From Phycisphaerae bacterium (GTDB lineage: Bacteria; Planctomycetota; Phycisphaerae; Sedimentisphaerales; Anaerobacaceae), in assembly GCA_012744475.1 (NCBI GenBank), contig JAAYBV010000065.1, positions 46,187 through 110,186 of the forward strand: a DNA stretch of 64,000 nt, read 5' to 3'. Below are positions 45,441 through 56,195 of the stretch, one piece after another. The position numbers were made by a program, and so were the translations under genes. How positions within the stretch are numbered: position 1 is the first letter of the stretch; every line of letters begins with the position of its first letter. Under the pieces are notes generated by a model. It did no database searches, had not been told where the DNA came from, and saw nothing but the letters and a program-made list of their open reading frames with translations.

Positions 45441-46433
45441 TCAGGCCTTCCGATCGGCCATGAAATGGGCCGTCGCAATCAGAGCGTCTTTTCCATCACC
45501 CTCCGGTACGGCGACCAGAGCCTTGATCGCCCTGTCCACGTAGTGACGGGCTTGCGCGCACGCGTACTCCAGACTGCCGTGAAGATCGAACATCCTTCTC
45601 AACGCATCCCGGGACCGGGAAGGGTCGTCCAGCAAGGCGTGTACGCCGGCCCGTTCCGATGCGCCGACCGCACCGAGCAGGTGAATGGTCGCCAGAGTCG
45701 GTTTGCTCTTGGTGACATCGCGCTGCGCGGTCTTGCCGGTTTCGAGTTCGTCACCCGTGATATCCAGCAGGTCGTCTTCGATCTGGAAGGCGATTCCCGC
45801 GTTCAGGCCGTACTTCGCCAGCGCGTCGGTCTGCTCGTCGGAGGCATGCGACAGCAGCGCGCCGATCCGGCAGCACCCGCTGAAGAAGGCGGCGCTCTTG
45901 TCCGTGATGATGCTGATGTACTCCGATTCGGTCAGTTCCCAGTTCCGCCTCTGGGCCACCTGCCGCAACTCTCCTTCGCAGACGCGAACGGCGGTTTCCG
46001 CCACAACCCTGGCTAGGGCCGGATCGAGATCGACCGTCATGTGGAAGACGCGGCTCAGCACGAAGTCCCCCAGCAGAACCGCCGATTCGTTGCCCCAGAG
46101 GGAGTTCACCGTGGGCGCCCCCCGTCGGGTCAGGCCGTCGTCCACCACGTCGTCATGGAGGAGCGTCGCATCGTGGACCATCTGCATCATGGCGGAGACA
46201 TCGACATGTTTCTTCCCGATCGGCCCAAAACACCGGCCCGCCAGCAGCACCAGGGCCGGCCGGATCATCTTGCCGCTCCGCGCGATGAAGTGTTCGAGCA
46301 GCGGCGCGATCTCCTCGGACCATTCGGGCCCTGAGAGCGACCGGTGAATCAGCTCCGCCACCTGCCTCAGATCGGCGTCCACCAATCGAAATGACGGGAT
46401 GTCCTGCCAGGGCATGTTTTCAGTTGCATTCAT
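45441..46433 (-). CDS. Polyprenyl diphosphate synthase
   Basis: GKMIRP, LLHDDVVD (FARM), RRG, QIEDDLLD (SARM). Confidence 0.92.
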   Translation of the reverse strand: MNATENMPWQDIPSFRLVDADLRQVAELIHRSLSGPEWSEEIAPLLEHFIARSGKMIRPALVLLAGRCFGPIGKKHVDVSAMMQMVHDATLLHDDVVDDGLTRRGAPTVNSLWGNESAVLLGDFVLSRVFHMTVDLDPALARVVAETAVRVCEGELRQVAQRRNWELTESEYISIITDKSAAFFSGCCRIGALLSHASDEQTDALAKYGLNAGIAFQIEDDLLDITGDELETGKTAQRDVTKSKPTLATIHLLGAVGASERAGVHALLDDPSRSRDALRRMFDLHGSLEYACAQARHYVDRAIKALVAVPEGDGKDALIATAHFMADRKA

Positions 46434-46480
46434 GTCGATCGGTGATTCCCACAGGCGGCATGCACGTCAGGGACGGCCAG

Positions 46481-47347
46481 CTACTGCCCTTTTCCGCGCG
46501 CGTAGTTGTCAAAGGTCTCTCGCAGGCGCCGCGTGGTCGGTCCCGGCTTGCCGTCCCCGATCCGACGCCCGTCGATCTCCACGATCCCGATGACTTCCGC
46601 CGCCGTGCCGGTGAGGAACAGCTCGTCGCACACATACAGATCGTATCGAGTCAGGTTCTTCTCCACGACCTCAATCCCCAACTGCCGGGCCAGACGGATC
46701 ACGACTCCACGCGTGATCCCCCCCAGCCCGCCGGACTCGACCGGCGGAGTCAGAACCGTGCCGTTCTGGACGATGAAGACGTTGTCGCCGGTTGCCTCGG
46801 CGACGTAGCCTTCGTGATTGTACATGATCGCTTCGGGCACACCCCGGTCCAGGGCCTCGATCTTGGCCATGATGTTGTTCAGGTAGTTGAGGCTCTTGAC
46901 CTGTGCGGGAAAGGCCAAAGGATGCGTGCGAATCGTCGTGGCGCTGACGACCTTCATGCCCTTTTCGTACAGTTCCTCGGGATAGAGCTGAATCGTGTCG
47001 GCGATGATGATGATATTGCTGTTCTTGCAGACGAAAGGGTTCAATCCCAGCGTGCCGACGCCCCGCGTCACGACGAGACGCACGTACCCGTCGCGGATGC
47101 CGTTGGCCTTGACGGTGGTTTCGACGGCGTTGGAGAGCTCTTCCCGGCTCATCACAATGGGCAGGCGAATCACGTGGGCGGAATCGAACAGCCTCTTGAT
47201 GTGGGCGGCCAACTCGAAGACCTTCTCGTGGTATACGCGGATGCCCTCGAAGACCCCGTCGCCGTAGAGCAGACCATGGTCGAAGACAGAAACTCTGGCC
47301 TCGGCTTCATCGACCAAACCGGTGTTCATCCAAATCTTCAACGCCAT
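46481..47347 (-). CDS. ilvE: Branched-chain amino acid aminotransferase
   Basis: DHGLLYGDGVFEG, VKSLNYLNN (PLP Lys), AEATGDNVF, FLTGTAAE. Confidence 0.93.
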   Translation of the reverse strand: MALKIWMNTGLVDEAEARVSVFDHGLLYGDGVFEGIRVYHEKVFELAAHIKRLFDSAHVIRLPIVMSREELSNAVETTVKANGIRDGYVRLVVTRGVGTLGLNPFVCKNSNIIIIADTIQLYPEELYEKGMKVVSATTIRTHPLAFPAQVKSLNYLNNIMAKIEALDRGVPEAIMYNHEGYVAEATGDNVFIVQNGTVLTPPVESGGLGGITRGVVIRLARQLGIEVVEKNLTRYDLYVCDELFLTGTAAEVIGIVEIDGRRIGDGKPGPTTRRLRETFDNYARGKGQ

Positions 47348-47489
47348 ACGCCAACCTTATGCCTCCAAGTTCACCGCCGTCCGACCCGACCGCGCCGGCC
47401 GTGCACACACCGCTCTGCATCCTCTTACCCTGCCTGGGAACGAGCCGACAACTGCAACGGAGATTCTCACCCCCCGGCTCACCGACGGG

Positions 47490-48188
47490 TCAGGTCTTCA
47501 CTTTGCCGTCGGCCAGAGTGATGACGCGCTGAGCCCTGCGAGCGACCCGCTCATCATGGGTGACCATCACGATGGTCTGCCCGGCCTGGTGGAGCCGCTC
47601 CAGAACCTTCAGGATACCATTTCCCGTCGTTGAGTCAAGGTTCCCGGTCGGCTCGTCGGCCAGCAGCAACCGGGGCTCGTTCATCAGCGCCCGGCCGATC
47701 GCCACCCGCTGCCGCTCTCCACCGGAGAGCTGGTAGGGCTTGTGACGGGCACGGTCCTGCAAACCCAGTTGCTCCAGCAATTTCAGGGCCCGCTCGCGGG
47801 CCGCCTTACGGGTCGCCAGCCAGCCAACGATCCCACGCGAGACCATCGTCGGCAGAAACACGTTCTCCAGTACATCTAATTCGTCCAACAGGTGGTAGAA
47901 CTGAAAGACGAATCCGACCATTTCGTTGCGGAACCGGTTCAGCTCCCAGGACCGCATCCGGTTCAGATCCTGCCCGTCAAAACTGACCGTTCCTTCGTTG
48001 GGTCGATCCAGGCCGCCCAACAGGTGCAGCAGCGTGCTCTTGCCACTTCCGGAGGCGCCGATCACCGCGACGAACTGCCCCTGCTCGACCGCCAAGTCCA
48101 CGCCTTTCAGGACGCTGACACGGGTGGCGCCCATCCGATAGGACTTGTGCAGGCGTTCCGCTTTCAATATTACAGGTCGTTCACCCAT
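47490..48188 (-). CDS. lolD: LolD-like ABC transporter ATP-binding protein
   Basis: GASGSGKS, VGFVFQFYHLL, LSGGERQRVAIGRAL, ADEPTGNLD. Confidence 0.85.
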   Translation of the reverse strand: MGERPVILKAERLHKSYRMGATRVSVLKGVDLAVEQGQFVAVIGASGSGKSTLLHLLGGLDRPNEGTVSFDGQDLNRMRSWELNRFRNEMVGFVFQFYHLLDELDVLENVFLPTMVSRGIVGWLATRKAARERALKLLEQLGLQDRARHKPYQLSGGERQRVAIGRALMNEPRLLLADEPTGNLDSTTGNGILKVLERLHQAGQTIVMVTHDERVARRAQRVITLADGKVKT

Positions 48189-48346
48189 ACAGGTTTCCAC
48201 TGACGCCCGGCAAGCCCGATCCCATCCGAGGACACAGTCGACACCGCGGCAACCGCGACCGCCGGCGGGCCGCCCTTCTATAGCGGATTTCTCCCACCGC
48301 CACAAGGAAAACCGGAAATCCCGCCCCGGTCTGGAGTTATCTGCCC

Positions 48347-49690
48347 TTATGACCGACTGCCGTGGAGGGTCTCGACCGGCCGCAGACGCGCCGCCCCCCA
48401 GGCAGGAACCAGCGCACCGATCAGGCACGCCACTATTGCACAGAACGCGATCACCGCCAGCACGTGGAATTCCACCTCGTGCGGGATTTCGCCGATCGCA
48501 TAGATGGTCCGGTCCCAGAGTTGAAAACCGAACCGGCTGTAGAGCCAGTCCTCGATGCGGTTGATGTAGGCCAGGAACAGCCACCCGGCTGCAATGCCCG
48601 CAACGGAGCCCAGCAGGCCTACGACAAAGGCGAATCCCGAGAACAGCCCCATGACGCTGGCGCTGGAGGCGCCGACGCTCTTGAGCACCCCGATGTCCTT
48701 GGTCTTGTGGCTGACGATCACATAAAAGACGACGAAAACGATGAAGACCGTCGTGATCCCGACAAGGCTGAACATGACGCTCATCAGCGTTTCTTCCTTC
48801 TCCATGGGCGCGATATAGGCCCGGCGGTGTTCTTTCCAGCTCTCGACCGTGACCGTGTCAAGAAGACGGCCGTCGGGAGCATCGGCCCGGGCCTGGCGGA
48901 ACTGACTCCACAACCGTCGCACCTGCTCACAACCTCCGTACAGCTCGGCGCCGGCGCGGAACCGAATATGGACCGCGGTGATCCTCTTGCGCTCACCGGC
49001 CATGCAGAGCGATTGCGCCTGATCCAATGGGATGTAGACTGTGGAATCGTCCACGCGGGCAATGCCGCTGTGCGAGTTGTCGCTGTAGTAGAACTGCTGA
49101 CTGCTGACGACGGTGGTTCCGGCCATGGCGGGCGCGCCGCGGGCGTTGAGCGGAAAGCACGTCAGCGAGAAGGCCGCCCGCTGCGGCGTCGCATCGAAAG
49201 TGTACTCGCTGCGGGCGTCTCGCCACAGGGCCAAGTCGATCCCCAGCACGCATCCCAAAGCGTTCGGCTCGTAGACGGGCACGAAGGCTTTGGCCGGGTC
49301 GGCGGCGCGGTAGTACAGCGTCTGGGCGAAATTCGTGACCCGACTGTGCCGGACCGGATCGATGCCGAGGAGTTCCACGTAGCGGTCGCCGCCGTATTGC
49401 GGACGGAGCAATGCGTAGTTCTTGACCACGGGTGAGACAGCTTCCACGCAGGCCGTCGCTTCGAGGGCCTGCATCAGTTCCTCGTAATAGGGAAACCCGA
49501 CGAGCGACTTGGTCCCGACGACGCAATCGCCGACGAAGTCATGGTTCTTCTGTTTGAACTCCTCGACCAGGCCGTTCATCACCGTCATGACCACAACGAC
49601 GATGAACACGCACAGCGCGACAGTCAGCACCGCGAAATGCGTGATCCGCCGTCTGACCAAATACCGGATTATCAGCTTCAGTTTGTACAT
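48347..49690 (-). CDS. LolC/E-like (FtsX/MacB-fold) permease
   Basis: VVVMTVMNG TM1, large periplasmic domain, KTKDIGVLKSVGAS, GALVPAWGAARLRP. Confidence 0.85.
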   Translation of the reverse strand: MYKLKLIIRYLVRRRITHFAVLTVALCVFIVVVVMTVMNGLVEEFKQKNHDFVGDCVVGTKSLVGFPYYEELMQALEATACVEAVSPVVKNYALLRPQYGGDRYVELLGIDPVRHSRVTNFAQTLYYRAADPAKAFVPVYEPNALGCVLGIDLALWRDARSEYTFDATPQRAAFSLTCFPLNARGAPAMAGTTVVSSQQFYYSDNSHSGIARVDDSTVYIPLDQAQSLCMAGERKRITAVHIRFRAGAELYGGCEQVRRLWSQFRQARADAPDGRLLDTVTVESWKEHRRAYIAPMEKEETLMSVMFSLVGITTVFIVFVVFYVIVSHKTKDIGVLKSVGASSASVMGLFSGFAFVVGLLGSVAGIAAGWLFLAYINRIEDWLYSRFGFQLWDRTIYAIGEIPHEVEFHVLAVIAFCAIVACLIGALVPAWGAARLRPVETLHGSRS

Positions 49691-49707
49691 TCACGCAGAC
49701 AGTCGTA

Positions 49708-51054
49708 TCAGTCGTATTGCAGCACTTCCACCGGTCGCGTTCTCGCCGCGACGATGGCCGGCGTCAGGGCCCCGACCGCCGCGGCCGCGATCGCCAACGC
49801 GACGATCGGCAGAGCCGACGCCCAATCCACCTCGTTTGGAATCCGGGTGAACATGTACACACTGCTGCTCCACAGCTTCAGGCCGAACACGACGCGGATT
49901 CCGCCTTCGATGGCGTTGATGTTCTTCGTGATCGCGTAGCCGCCGGCGGCGCCAATGGCGGCGCCCACGACGCCCACCGTGATGCCAAACCCCAGAAAGA
50001 TCCAGGCCACCGAGACGCTGGCGGCGCCGCAGCTCTTGAGGATGGCGATGTCGCGCTGCTTGAGCCGCACGATCATATAGAAGATGCAGAAGACCAGCAC
50101 GACCACCGTGAAGCTGACCACGCCGAAGATCAGCAACAGCACGCCCATCTGCTTGCGAATCTCATCGACGTACTGGCGCTGCATTTCGCGTGCGGTGACA
50201 ATCTCCGTCGCGACCCTCCGCTGGTACTCGCCCCAGCCCAGTTGCCTCTCGGCGAACACGTCCCACAGCCCTCGAATCTGCGCGACTGCCAGCACCGGAT
50301 CGGTCCCGGGCTTGAGCTTGATGTTGATCGTCGTGGCCGGAGAGTCTTTGTCGGGATAGAGCACCTTCTGAAGGGTCTCGATCGGAACGTAAACGAATCC
50401 GGTGTCGAGGTTGTGAACCCCGGTGAAGACGATGTCGGCGATGTGAAACGGCACAAGCTTCCGCCTGGGTGTCTGGTCGGCGTCAGAGGCTTCGGCGGGC
50501 GCTCCCGTGGTGATGACCACCCGCTGACCCATCATCTGTTCGAGGACCGCAGTCTGATCGTACTCGTCGGTGTTCGGGTCGGCTTCGGCGACCACGCCGA
50601 TGCCGACGAATCCCCCATCGGCATCCGGCAAACCGGGGACAGCAAAGGAAGGATCGTCCGGCAATTGGCTCTGGCGCAGCAGCACATCCGTGAAGCCCGT
50701 GACCCGGGCCCGAGGGCCGGCTTCGATCCCCCACAGGCTGACGGGCCGCACGTCGCCGAGCCGAACATTCAGCAGCCCCTGGGTGGACAGCGTGCCCGTC
50801 GCTGCCTCCACGATATCCGTCTGTTCGAGCCGCTCGATGAGGGAGGGATACTTCTCGATGGGCCGGCCCGGCGGCCCCGCAAGGACCACGTCGCCGAGCA
50901 TTTCAACGGCGCTGCGCTCGAGGGCGTTGATAAAGCCGGTGAACAGGCTGGCGACGACGATCAGCAGCGCAACGGACAGCGCCACGGCCGCAATACTCAG
51001 AAGGACGATCCGCCGCTTGCGAAGGTACTTCAGCCACAAGAATAGTTTCAGCAT
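49708..51054 (-). CDS. LolC/E-like (FtsX/MacB-fold) permease
   Basis: LIVVASLFTGF TM1, KQRDIAILKSCGA, PAIVAARTRPVEVL. Confidence 0.85.
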   Translation of the reverse strand: MLKLFLWLKYLRKRRIVLLSIAAVALSVALLIVVASLFTGFINALERSAVEMLGDVVLAGPPGRPIEKYPSLIERLEQTDIVEAATGTLSTQGLLNVRLGDVRPVSLWGIEAGPRARVTGFTDVLLRQSQLPDDPSFAVPGLPDADGGFVGIGVVAEADPNTDEYDQTAVLEQMMGQRVVITTGAPAEASDADQTPRRKLVPFHIADIVFTGVHNLDTGFVYVPIETLQKVLYPDKDSPATTINIKLKPGTDPVLAVAQIRGLWDVFAERQLGWGEYQRRVATEIVTAREMQRQYVDEIRKQMGVLLLIFGVVSFTVVVLVFCIFYMIVRLKQRDIAILKSCGAASVSVAWIFLGFGITVGVVGAAIGAAGGYAITKNINAIEGGIRVVFGLKLWSSSVYMFTRIPNEVDWASALPIVALAIAAAAVGALTPAIVAARTRPVEVLQYD

Positions 51055-51129
51055 CGAAGAACCAGGATCTCATGCCGCCGGCGCCATGACCTCGCGTCCG
51101 CTCGCGGCCCGGGAGGCCCCATGGACGAA

Positions 51130-52602
51130 CTACGAGCCCGCCGTCGGCGCGTCCACCGGCTTCAGGAGCGGGAACAGGATCACGTCGCGAATCGTCGTCG
51201 CACCGGTCAGAATCATCACCAGCCGGTCGATCCCGATTCCGAGCCCGCCGGCCGGAGGCATGCCGTACTTCAGCGCCTTGATGAAATCGGTGTCCATGGT
51301 GGCCATCGTATCCTCCTGGCCCTTGAGCTGCACCAGGAAGTTCTCGTATTGCTGAGCCGGATCGTTCAGCTCCGTGTATGCGTTGGCCAGTTCCATGCCC
51401 GCAATGAACAGCTCGAAACGCTCGGCGTATCTCGGATCGGTCTTGCTGCGCTTCGTGAGCGGGCAGAGGACCGCTGGGTAGTCCAGGACGAACGTCGGAT
51501 CGATCAGCACATCTTCCACCGTCGCCTCGAACACCTCGTTGACCACCACCGCATCGTCCATCGCCGACTCATCGAGTTCCAACGAACGGGCCTTTGCCCG
51601 AAGCGCCGCGACGTCGTCGATATCGCAGCCGCTGTGCTCCTTGAGCAGATCGGCATACCGGGCCCGCCGCCAGGGCCGCGCCAGACTGACGTCAAGATCG
51701 CCGAACTTGACGGTCGTGTCACTACAGTGGGCGGCCACGCAGGACGCGATCAACTCTTCGGTCAGGTCCATCATGACGTGGTAGTCGCCATACGCCTGGT
51801 AGACCTCGATCATGGTGAATTCGGGATTGTGCCGGCGGCTGAGCCCTTCGTTGCGGAAGCTGCGGTTGATCTCGAAGACCCGTTCCATGCCGCCGACGAG
51901 AAGACGCTTGAGGAACAGCTCGGGCGAAATCCTCAGGTACAGGTCGAGATCGAGGCTGTTGTGATGCGTGATGAACGGCTTGGCCGCCGCACCGCCGGCA
52001 ATGGCCTGCATCATGGGGGTTTCCACTTCGAGGAAACCCCGGGCATCGAGAAACTGGCGGATCGTGGCGATGATGGCGCTTCGTTTCCTGAACCGCTCCA
52101 TGACGTCCGGATTGGCCCAGAGGTCCACGTAGCGCTGACGGTATCGCTGGTCGATATCGGCCAGTCCGTGGAACTTCTCCGGCGGCTGCGACAGGCACTT
52201 GCTCAGGAACGTCAGCCCGTTCTCTTCGACCCAGATCGTGATCTCGCCGGTCCGGGTCCTGCCGAGCTGGCCGGCGGCGCCGATGATGTCGCCTAAGTCG
52301 AGAAGCTTGGCCAGAGGCCACTGGTCGTTCAGGAGATTCTTGCTGAGCCCGACCTGCATGGTGCCGCTGCGATCGCGCAGGGTGATGAAAATCAGTTTGC
52401 CGATATCACGAAACAGGACGATGCGGCCGGCGCACCGCGCCCGCTGGCCTTCCTGCCCATCCTGGAATCGGGCCTTGATCGATTCGGCCGGCTCGGGCTG
52501 CTCGTAACGCGACCCGTAGGGGTCGATCCCCAACGCCGCGAGCTTCTCGATCTTCTCCTGTCTCTGCTGCTCGAACTTGTCTGTCTCAGTCTGACTCGTC
52601 AA
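51130..52602 (-). CDS. lysS: Lysyl-tRNA synthetase (class II)
   Basis: RYRQRYVDL, GFLEVETP, FRNEGLSRRHNPEF, YGMPPAGGLGIGIDR. Confidence 0.97.
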   Translation of the reverse strand: MTSQTETDKFEQQRQEKIEKLAALGIDPYGSRYEQPEPAESIKARFQDGQEGQRARCAGRIVLFRDIGKLIFITLRDRSGTMQVGLSKNLLNDQWPLAKLLDLGDIIGAAGQLGRTRTGEITIWVEENGLTFLSKCLSQPPEKFHGLADIDQRYRQRYVDLWANPDVMERFRKRSAIIATIRQFLDARGFLEVETPMMQAIAGGAAAKPFITHHNSLDLDLYLRISPELFLKRLLVGGMERVFEINRSFRNEGLSRRHNPEFTMIEVYQAYGDYHVMMDLTEELIASCVAAHCSDTTVKFGDLDVSLARPWRRARYADLLKEHSGCDIDDVAALRAKARSLELDESAMDDAVVVNEVFEATVEDVLIDPTFVLDYPAVLCPLTKRSKTDPRYAERFELFIAGMELANAYTELNDPAQQYENFLVQLKGQEDTMATMDTDFIKALKYGMPPAGGLGIGIDRLVMILTGATTIRDVILFPLLKPVDAPTAGS

Positions 52603-52631
52603 CGTCCTGCCTTCCGCAATCGCTTCCCCTG

Positions 52632-55067
52632 TCAGTTCATCACCGGCGCATCGGCCTCGATCAGCTTGGCCTGGACGACCAGCAGGGCCACCGCCAACTG
52701 CGGATCGGATTCCAGCGTCTCGGCCAGCGTGCGCTTCTTGTATGAACCGCCGTGCTCATCGCGGGCCGCCTGAACGAGAACGTCATTGTCTCTCTGTGCG
52801 CTGAGCATCTTGTTCTGCTCGCTGCTGTTGAGCTTCACTTCCACGTCGGGACCGACCCCCCAGTCCTTTGCCCCTTCCTTCTCCACCGCGTCTCGGCTCT
52901 TGACGCGCTGTCCGGAGGGCAGGTGGTAGTAGGCCATCGTATACTTCAGTTGGGCGCCGCCGCCGGGATAGTGCGTGATCCCCTGGACGCTCCCCTTGCC
53001 ATGGGTGCGGTCGCCCACGAGAACCGCCCGTTCGTGCTTGGGGTCGGCCAAGGCGCCGGCCACAATTTCCGAGGCGCTGGCGGAGTCGGAGTTGATCAGA
53101 ATCACCAGCGGATAGTCCGGGTGTGTCCCACGGCGATGGGCATACTCATAGCTGGGGATCATGCCGATCTTCGGCTGCGTGCGAACGATCAGTCCTTCTC
53201 GGATGAACTTGTCGACGATGTTGACGGCGCTGTCCAGCAGCCCGCCGGTGTTGAATCGCAAGTCCACGATCAGGCCCCGGAGCCCCTGCGATTCCAATTC
53301 GCGCAGAACGGTTTCAAAATCGCCGCTCGTCTCGCTGGAGAAACTGGTGATCCGCACATAGCCGATGCGACTGGCCTCGTCGACCATGTACAGCCACGTT
53401 CCAGCCTCGGTCCTCTGCCAACCTCGAATCGTCGGGACGATGATCCGATCTCGCGTGATCGTGATCTCCTCGGCCTTCTCCTCTCGCGGCCGCTTGACCG
53501 CCAGAACAACGCTCGTCCCCTTGGGACCGGTGATCTTCTTGACGGCGCAGATCAGACTCATGTCCTTGGTCGGAACTCCGTCAACCGCCTCGATCACGTC
53601 GCCGGCATCCAGGCCCGCACGATAGGCGGGCGTGTCCGGCAGCAGACTGGCGACGGTCAGCAGGCCTCGCGGCTTGGAGATCTCAATCCCGATGCCCGAG
53701 AACTCGTTCATCATCATCTTCTCGAAGTCCTGGACCTGTCGGGGCCAGACCATCACGGTGTACGGATCGAGCACCTTCAGTGACGCTTCGGCAAAATGGG
53801 CGATCAGCGGCTGACGGGGCAGTTGTACCGTGGCGTCGTTCAGAGACAGGACCTTGTCCAGGACCCCCAGGAACTCATCCTTGCCGAAGCTCTGCGTGCG
53901 AACCTCAATCTCATCCCGCAGACCGGCAAGAGCCACCGACCAGGCGGTCACCTTTTCCGGCACAGGGGCCGGGAAAGGACTGCTGCCCCCGGGGTTGGGA
54001 TCCTGCACACCGGCAATCATCAGAACCTGGGCCAACTGATCGCAACGGTCAATCGCCTTGGTCGCCATTTCGAAGTAGTCGATGCTATTGACGTAGTGCA
54101 GGCTGAGCGCATCCATGGCCCGCTCGAACATCCGCTTCTCCACCCCTTCAAAACGCTCTTTTCGGGTTTCACAGGGGCTATCCTGAAAGGAACCGGCGAT
54201 GCTGGCCTTGTCCACCAGTTCGTCGGCGTGATCGGAATACCCGGTGTTGTCCGGGTCGATGGCCGACAGCCAGTAGAAGTAGCCCGTATACGCCTCGAGC
54301 CACTTGCCCTGGGCCTCCAGGATCACGCTGCGATCGGCACTGATCTGAAGGACCTTCTGCACAAACGGATCGGCCAGAAGCGCCACCTTCTGCTGGTCAT
54401 TGGCGTACTCCGTCGCCTTGACGAGGACCACCAGAACATCCGTCACGTCGTTGGGCTCATTCGGCTCAGCGCTGCCGGACTCGGCATCCGGGTCGGCGTC
54501 TTCCCTCGCCTTGACCGGAGGATCGACCTTCGACAAATCCACCACCGCCCGGAGCTTGTCGAGCTCCTTCAGTTGCTCGGCGTAGGCTTCGGCGCGGTCT
54601 GCTTGTCGGCGCTGAGCGATCTGCTCATGCTGCTGGATGATCCGCTCCAACTGCTCCGCCCGTTCACCCTGCGAGGCCTTCGCCGCCCGCGCCAGGTCCG
54701 CCGCCGCACTGAAATGGCCCTGGTAAATCAGCCGGCACGCCTCGATCAGCGGGTCGACCAGCACCGGCTGTTCTGTTGGGGCTGTGGTCTGGCCGCCAAC
54801 CGTCGCCGTCGCGCTCGCAGCGGAGGCGCTCGACCGGCCTGCCTGAGCAGAGCAACTATAGCCTCCGAACCAGGTGGACAGAACTACGGTCCACGTGCAC
54901 GAAAGCAGGATCAGATAGGAAATCTTCGCCTTCCAGCTCTTGTGCCGGCCCTGTCCGGAATCAGACAGCGGCCTTCTTGGATCTTGGGTAGGCAATGAAC
55001 CGCTCCTTTCAGCTATTGAAGGCCCCGGCCGCATAGATCGACGGGTTACATGAACGTCAGCGATCAC
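52632..55067 (-). CDS. S41 family C-terminal processing peptidase with PDZ domain and long N-terminal extension
   Basis: FSGIGIEI PDZ, DLRFNTGG, DSASASE (Ser), THGKGSVQ (Lys); start uncertain. Confidence 0.88.
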   Translation of the reverse strand: MIADVHVTRRSMRPGPSIAERSGSLPTQDPRRPLSDSGQGRHKSWKAKISYLILLSCTWTVVLSTWFGGYSCSAQAGRSSASAASATATVGGQTTAPTEQPVLVDPLIEACRLIYQGHFSAAADLARAAKASQGERAEQLERIIQQHEQIAQRRQADRAEAYAEQLKELDKLRAVVDLSKVDPPVKAREDADPDAESGSAEPNEPNDVTDVLVVLVKATEYANDQQKVALLADPFVQKVLQISADRSVILEAQGKWLEAYTGYFYWLSAIDPDNTGYSDHADELVDKASIAGSFQDSPCETRKERFEGVEKRMFERAMDALSLHYVNSIDYFEMATKAIDRCDQLAQVLMIAGVQDPNPGGSSPFPAPVPEKVTAWSVALAGLRDEIEVRTQSFGKDEFLGVLDKVLSLNDATVQLPRQPLIAHFAEASLKVLDPYTVMVWPRQVQDFEKMMMNEFSGIGIEISKPRGLLTVASLLPDTPAYRAGLDAGDVIEAVDGVPTKDMSLICAVKKITGPKGTSVVLAVKRPREEKAEEITITRDRIIVPTIRGWQRTEAGTWLYMVDEASRIGYVRITSFSSETSGDFETVLRELESQGLRGLIVDLRFNTGGLLDSAVNIVDKFIREGLIVRTQPKIGMIPSYEYAHRRGTHPDYPLVILINSDSASASEIVAGALADPKHERAVLVGDRTHGKGSVQGITHYPGGGAQLKYTMAYYHLPSGQRVKSRDAVEKEGAKDWGVGPDVEVKLNSSEQNKMLSAQRDNDVLVQAARDEHGGSYKKRTLAETLESDPQLAVALLVVQAKLIEADAPVMN

Positions 55068-55121
55068 AGGCCGCCAGACCTGTGATCGCTGAGCAAGTGC
55101 ATATTCTGCCGCCTTCTGCGT

Positions 55122-56066
55122 CTACAGACATTCCTGCGCTTTTCCGGCGCAGCCGAGGACATGCAGTTTGTGACGAACCATCTCTCGAATGGCATCGCGG
55201 CCCGGCCCCAGGTACTTGCGCGGGTCGAACTCCGCGGGTTTCTCCGCGAAAACCTGGCGAATCTTGGCCGTCAGGGCCATCCGCAAATCGGTGTCGATAT
55301 TAACCTTGCACATGGCCATCTTGGAGGCTTTCGTCACCATCTCCTCCGGCACCCCCATGGCGTCGGGCATCTTGCCGCCATACTTGTTGATCAGATCCTT
55401 GAACTCCTTCAGCACGCTGCTGGAACCGTGCATCACCAGCGGAAAGCCGGGAAGCCTGCGCCCGATCTCTTCTATTACGTCGAACGCCAGGACTGGTGCG
55501 GTCTTGAACTTGTAAGCGCCGTGGCTGGTTCCGCAGGCGATGGCCAGTGAGTCACAGCCGCTTCGCTCGACGAATTCCACTGCCTGGTCCGGATCGGCGA
55601 TGTGCTTGCTGACGTCATCGACGCCGACAACATCTTCCTCAATCCCCCCAAGCTGCCCAAGTTCCGCCTCGACAACAACGCCGCGAGGATGGGCGTATTC
55701 GACCACCTTCTTGGTGATCGCTATGTTCTCTTCGAAAGGCAGGTGCGAGCCATCGATCATCACCGAGGTGAAGCCGTCATCCACAAACTCCTTGCACGTC
55801 TCAAAAGTATCGCCGTGGTCGAGGTTTATGGCAACGGGGATGCCCGGGTTCTCTTTGACCACGACATCAATGATGGCCTTGAGGTAGCTGTTTTTGGCGT
55901 ATTCCCTGGCGCCTCTGGAGATCTGGAGAATCAGCGGCGCCTTCTCCTCGGCGATCGCCTGAACGATCCCCTGCGTGATCTCCATGTTGTTGACGTTGAA
56001 CGCGCCGATGGCATAGCCATTCTTATAGGCCATCTCAAACATCTTCCTAGTGTTGACTAGCGGCAT
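55122..56066 (-). CDS. fba: Fructose-bisphosphate aldolase class II
   Basis: GAFNVNNME, NLDHG, VMIDGS, GTSHGAYKF, VMHGSS, KVNIDTD. Confidence 0.95.
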   Translation of the reverse strand: MPLVNTRKMFEMAYKNGYAIGAFNVNNMEITQGIVQAIAEEKAPLILQISRGAREYAKNSYLKAIIDVVVKENPGIPVAINLDHGDTFETCKEFVDDGFTSVMIDGSHLPFEENIAITKKVVEYAHPRGVVVEAELGQLGGIEEDVVGVDDVSKHIADPDQAVEFVERSGCDSLAIACGTSHGAYKFKTAPVLAFDVIEEIGRRLPGFPLVMHGSSSVLKEFKDLINKYGGKMPDAMGVPEEMVTKASKMAMCKVNIDTDLRMALTAKIRQVFAEKPAEFDPRKYLGPGRDAIREMVRHKLHVLGCAGKAQECL

Positions 56067-56195
56067 AGTCTGCTCCTAATAAAGTGTCCAGCCCAATCCA
56101 AAGTCATCCCGATTCAGTCTCTGGCGATCTCGACAAGGGTCCGCAAGGCCCGCGATCCCCATTGAATCGCTCGGGTTTGCCTTCGGGCGTCGAGC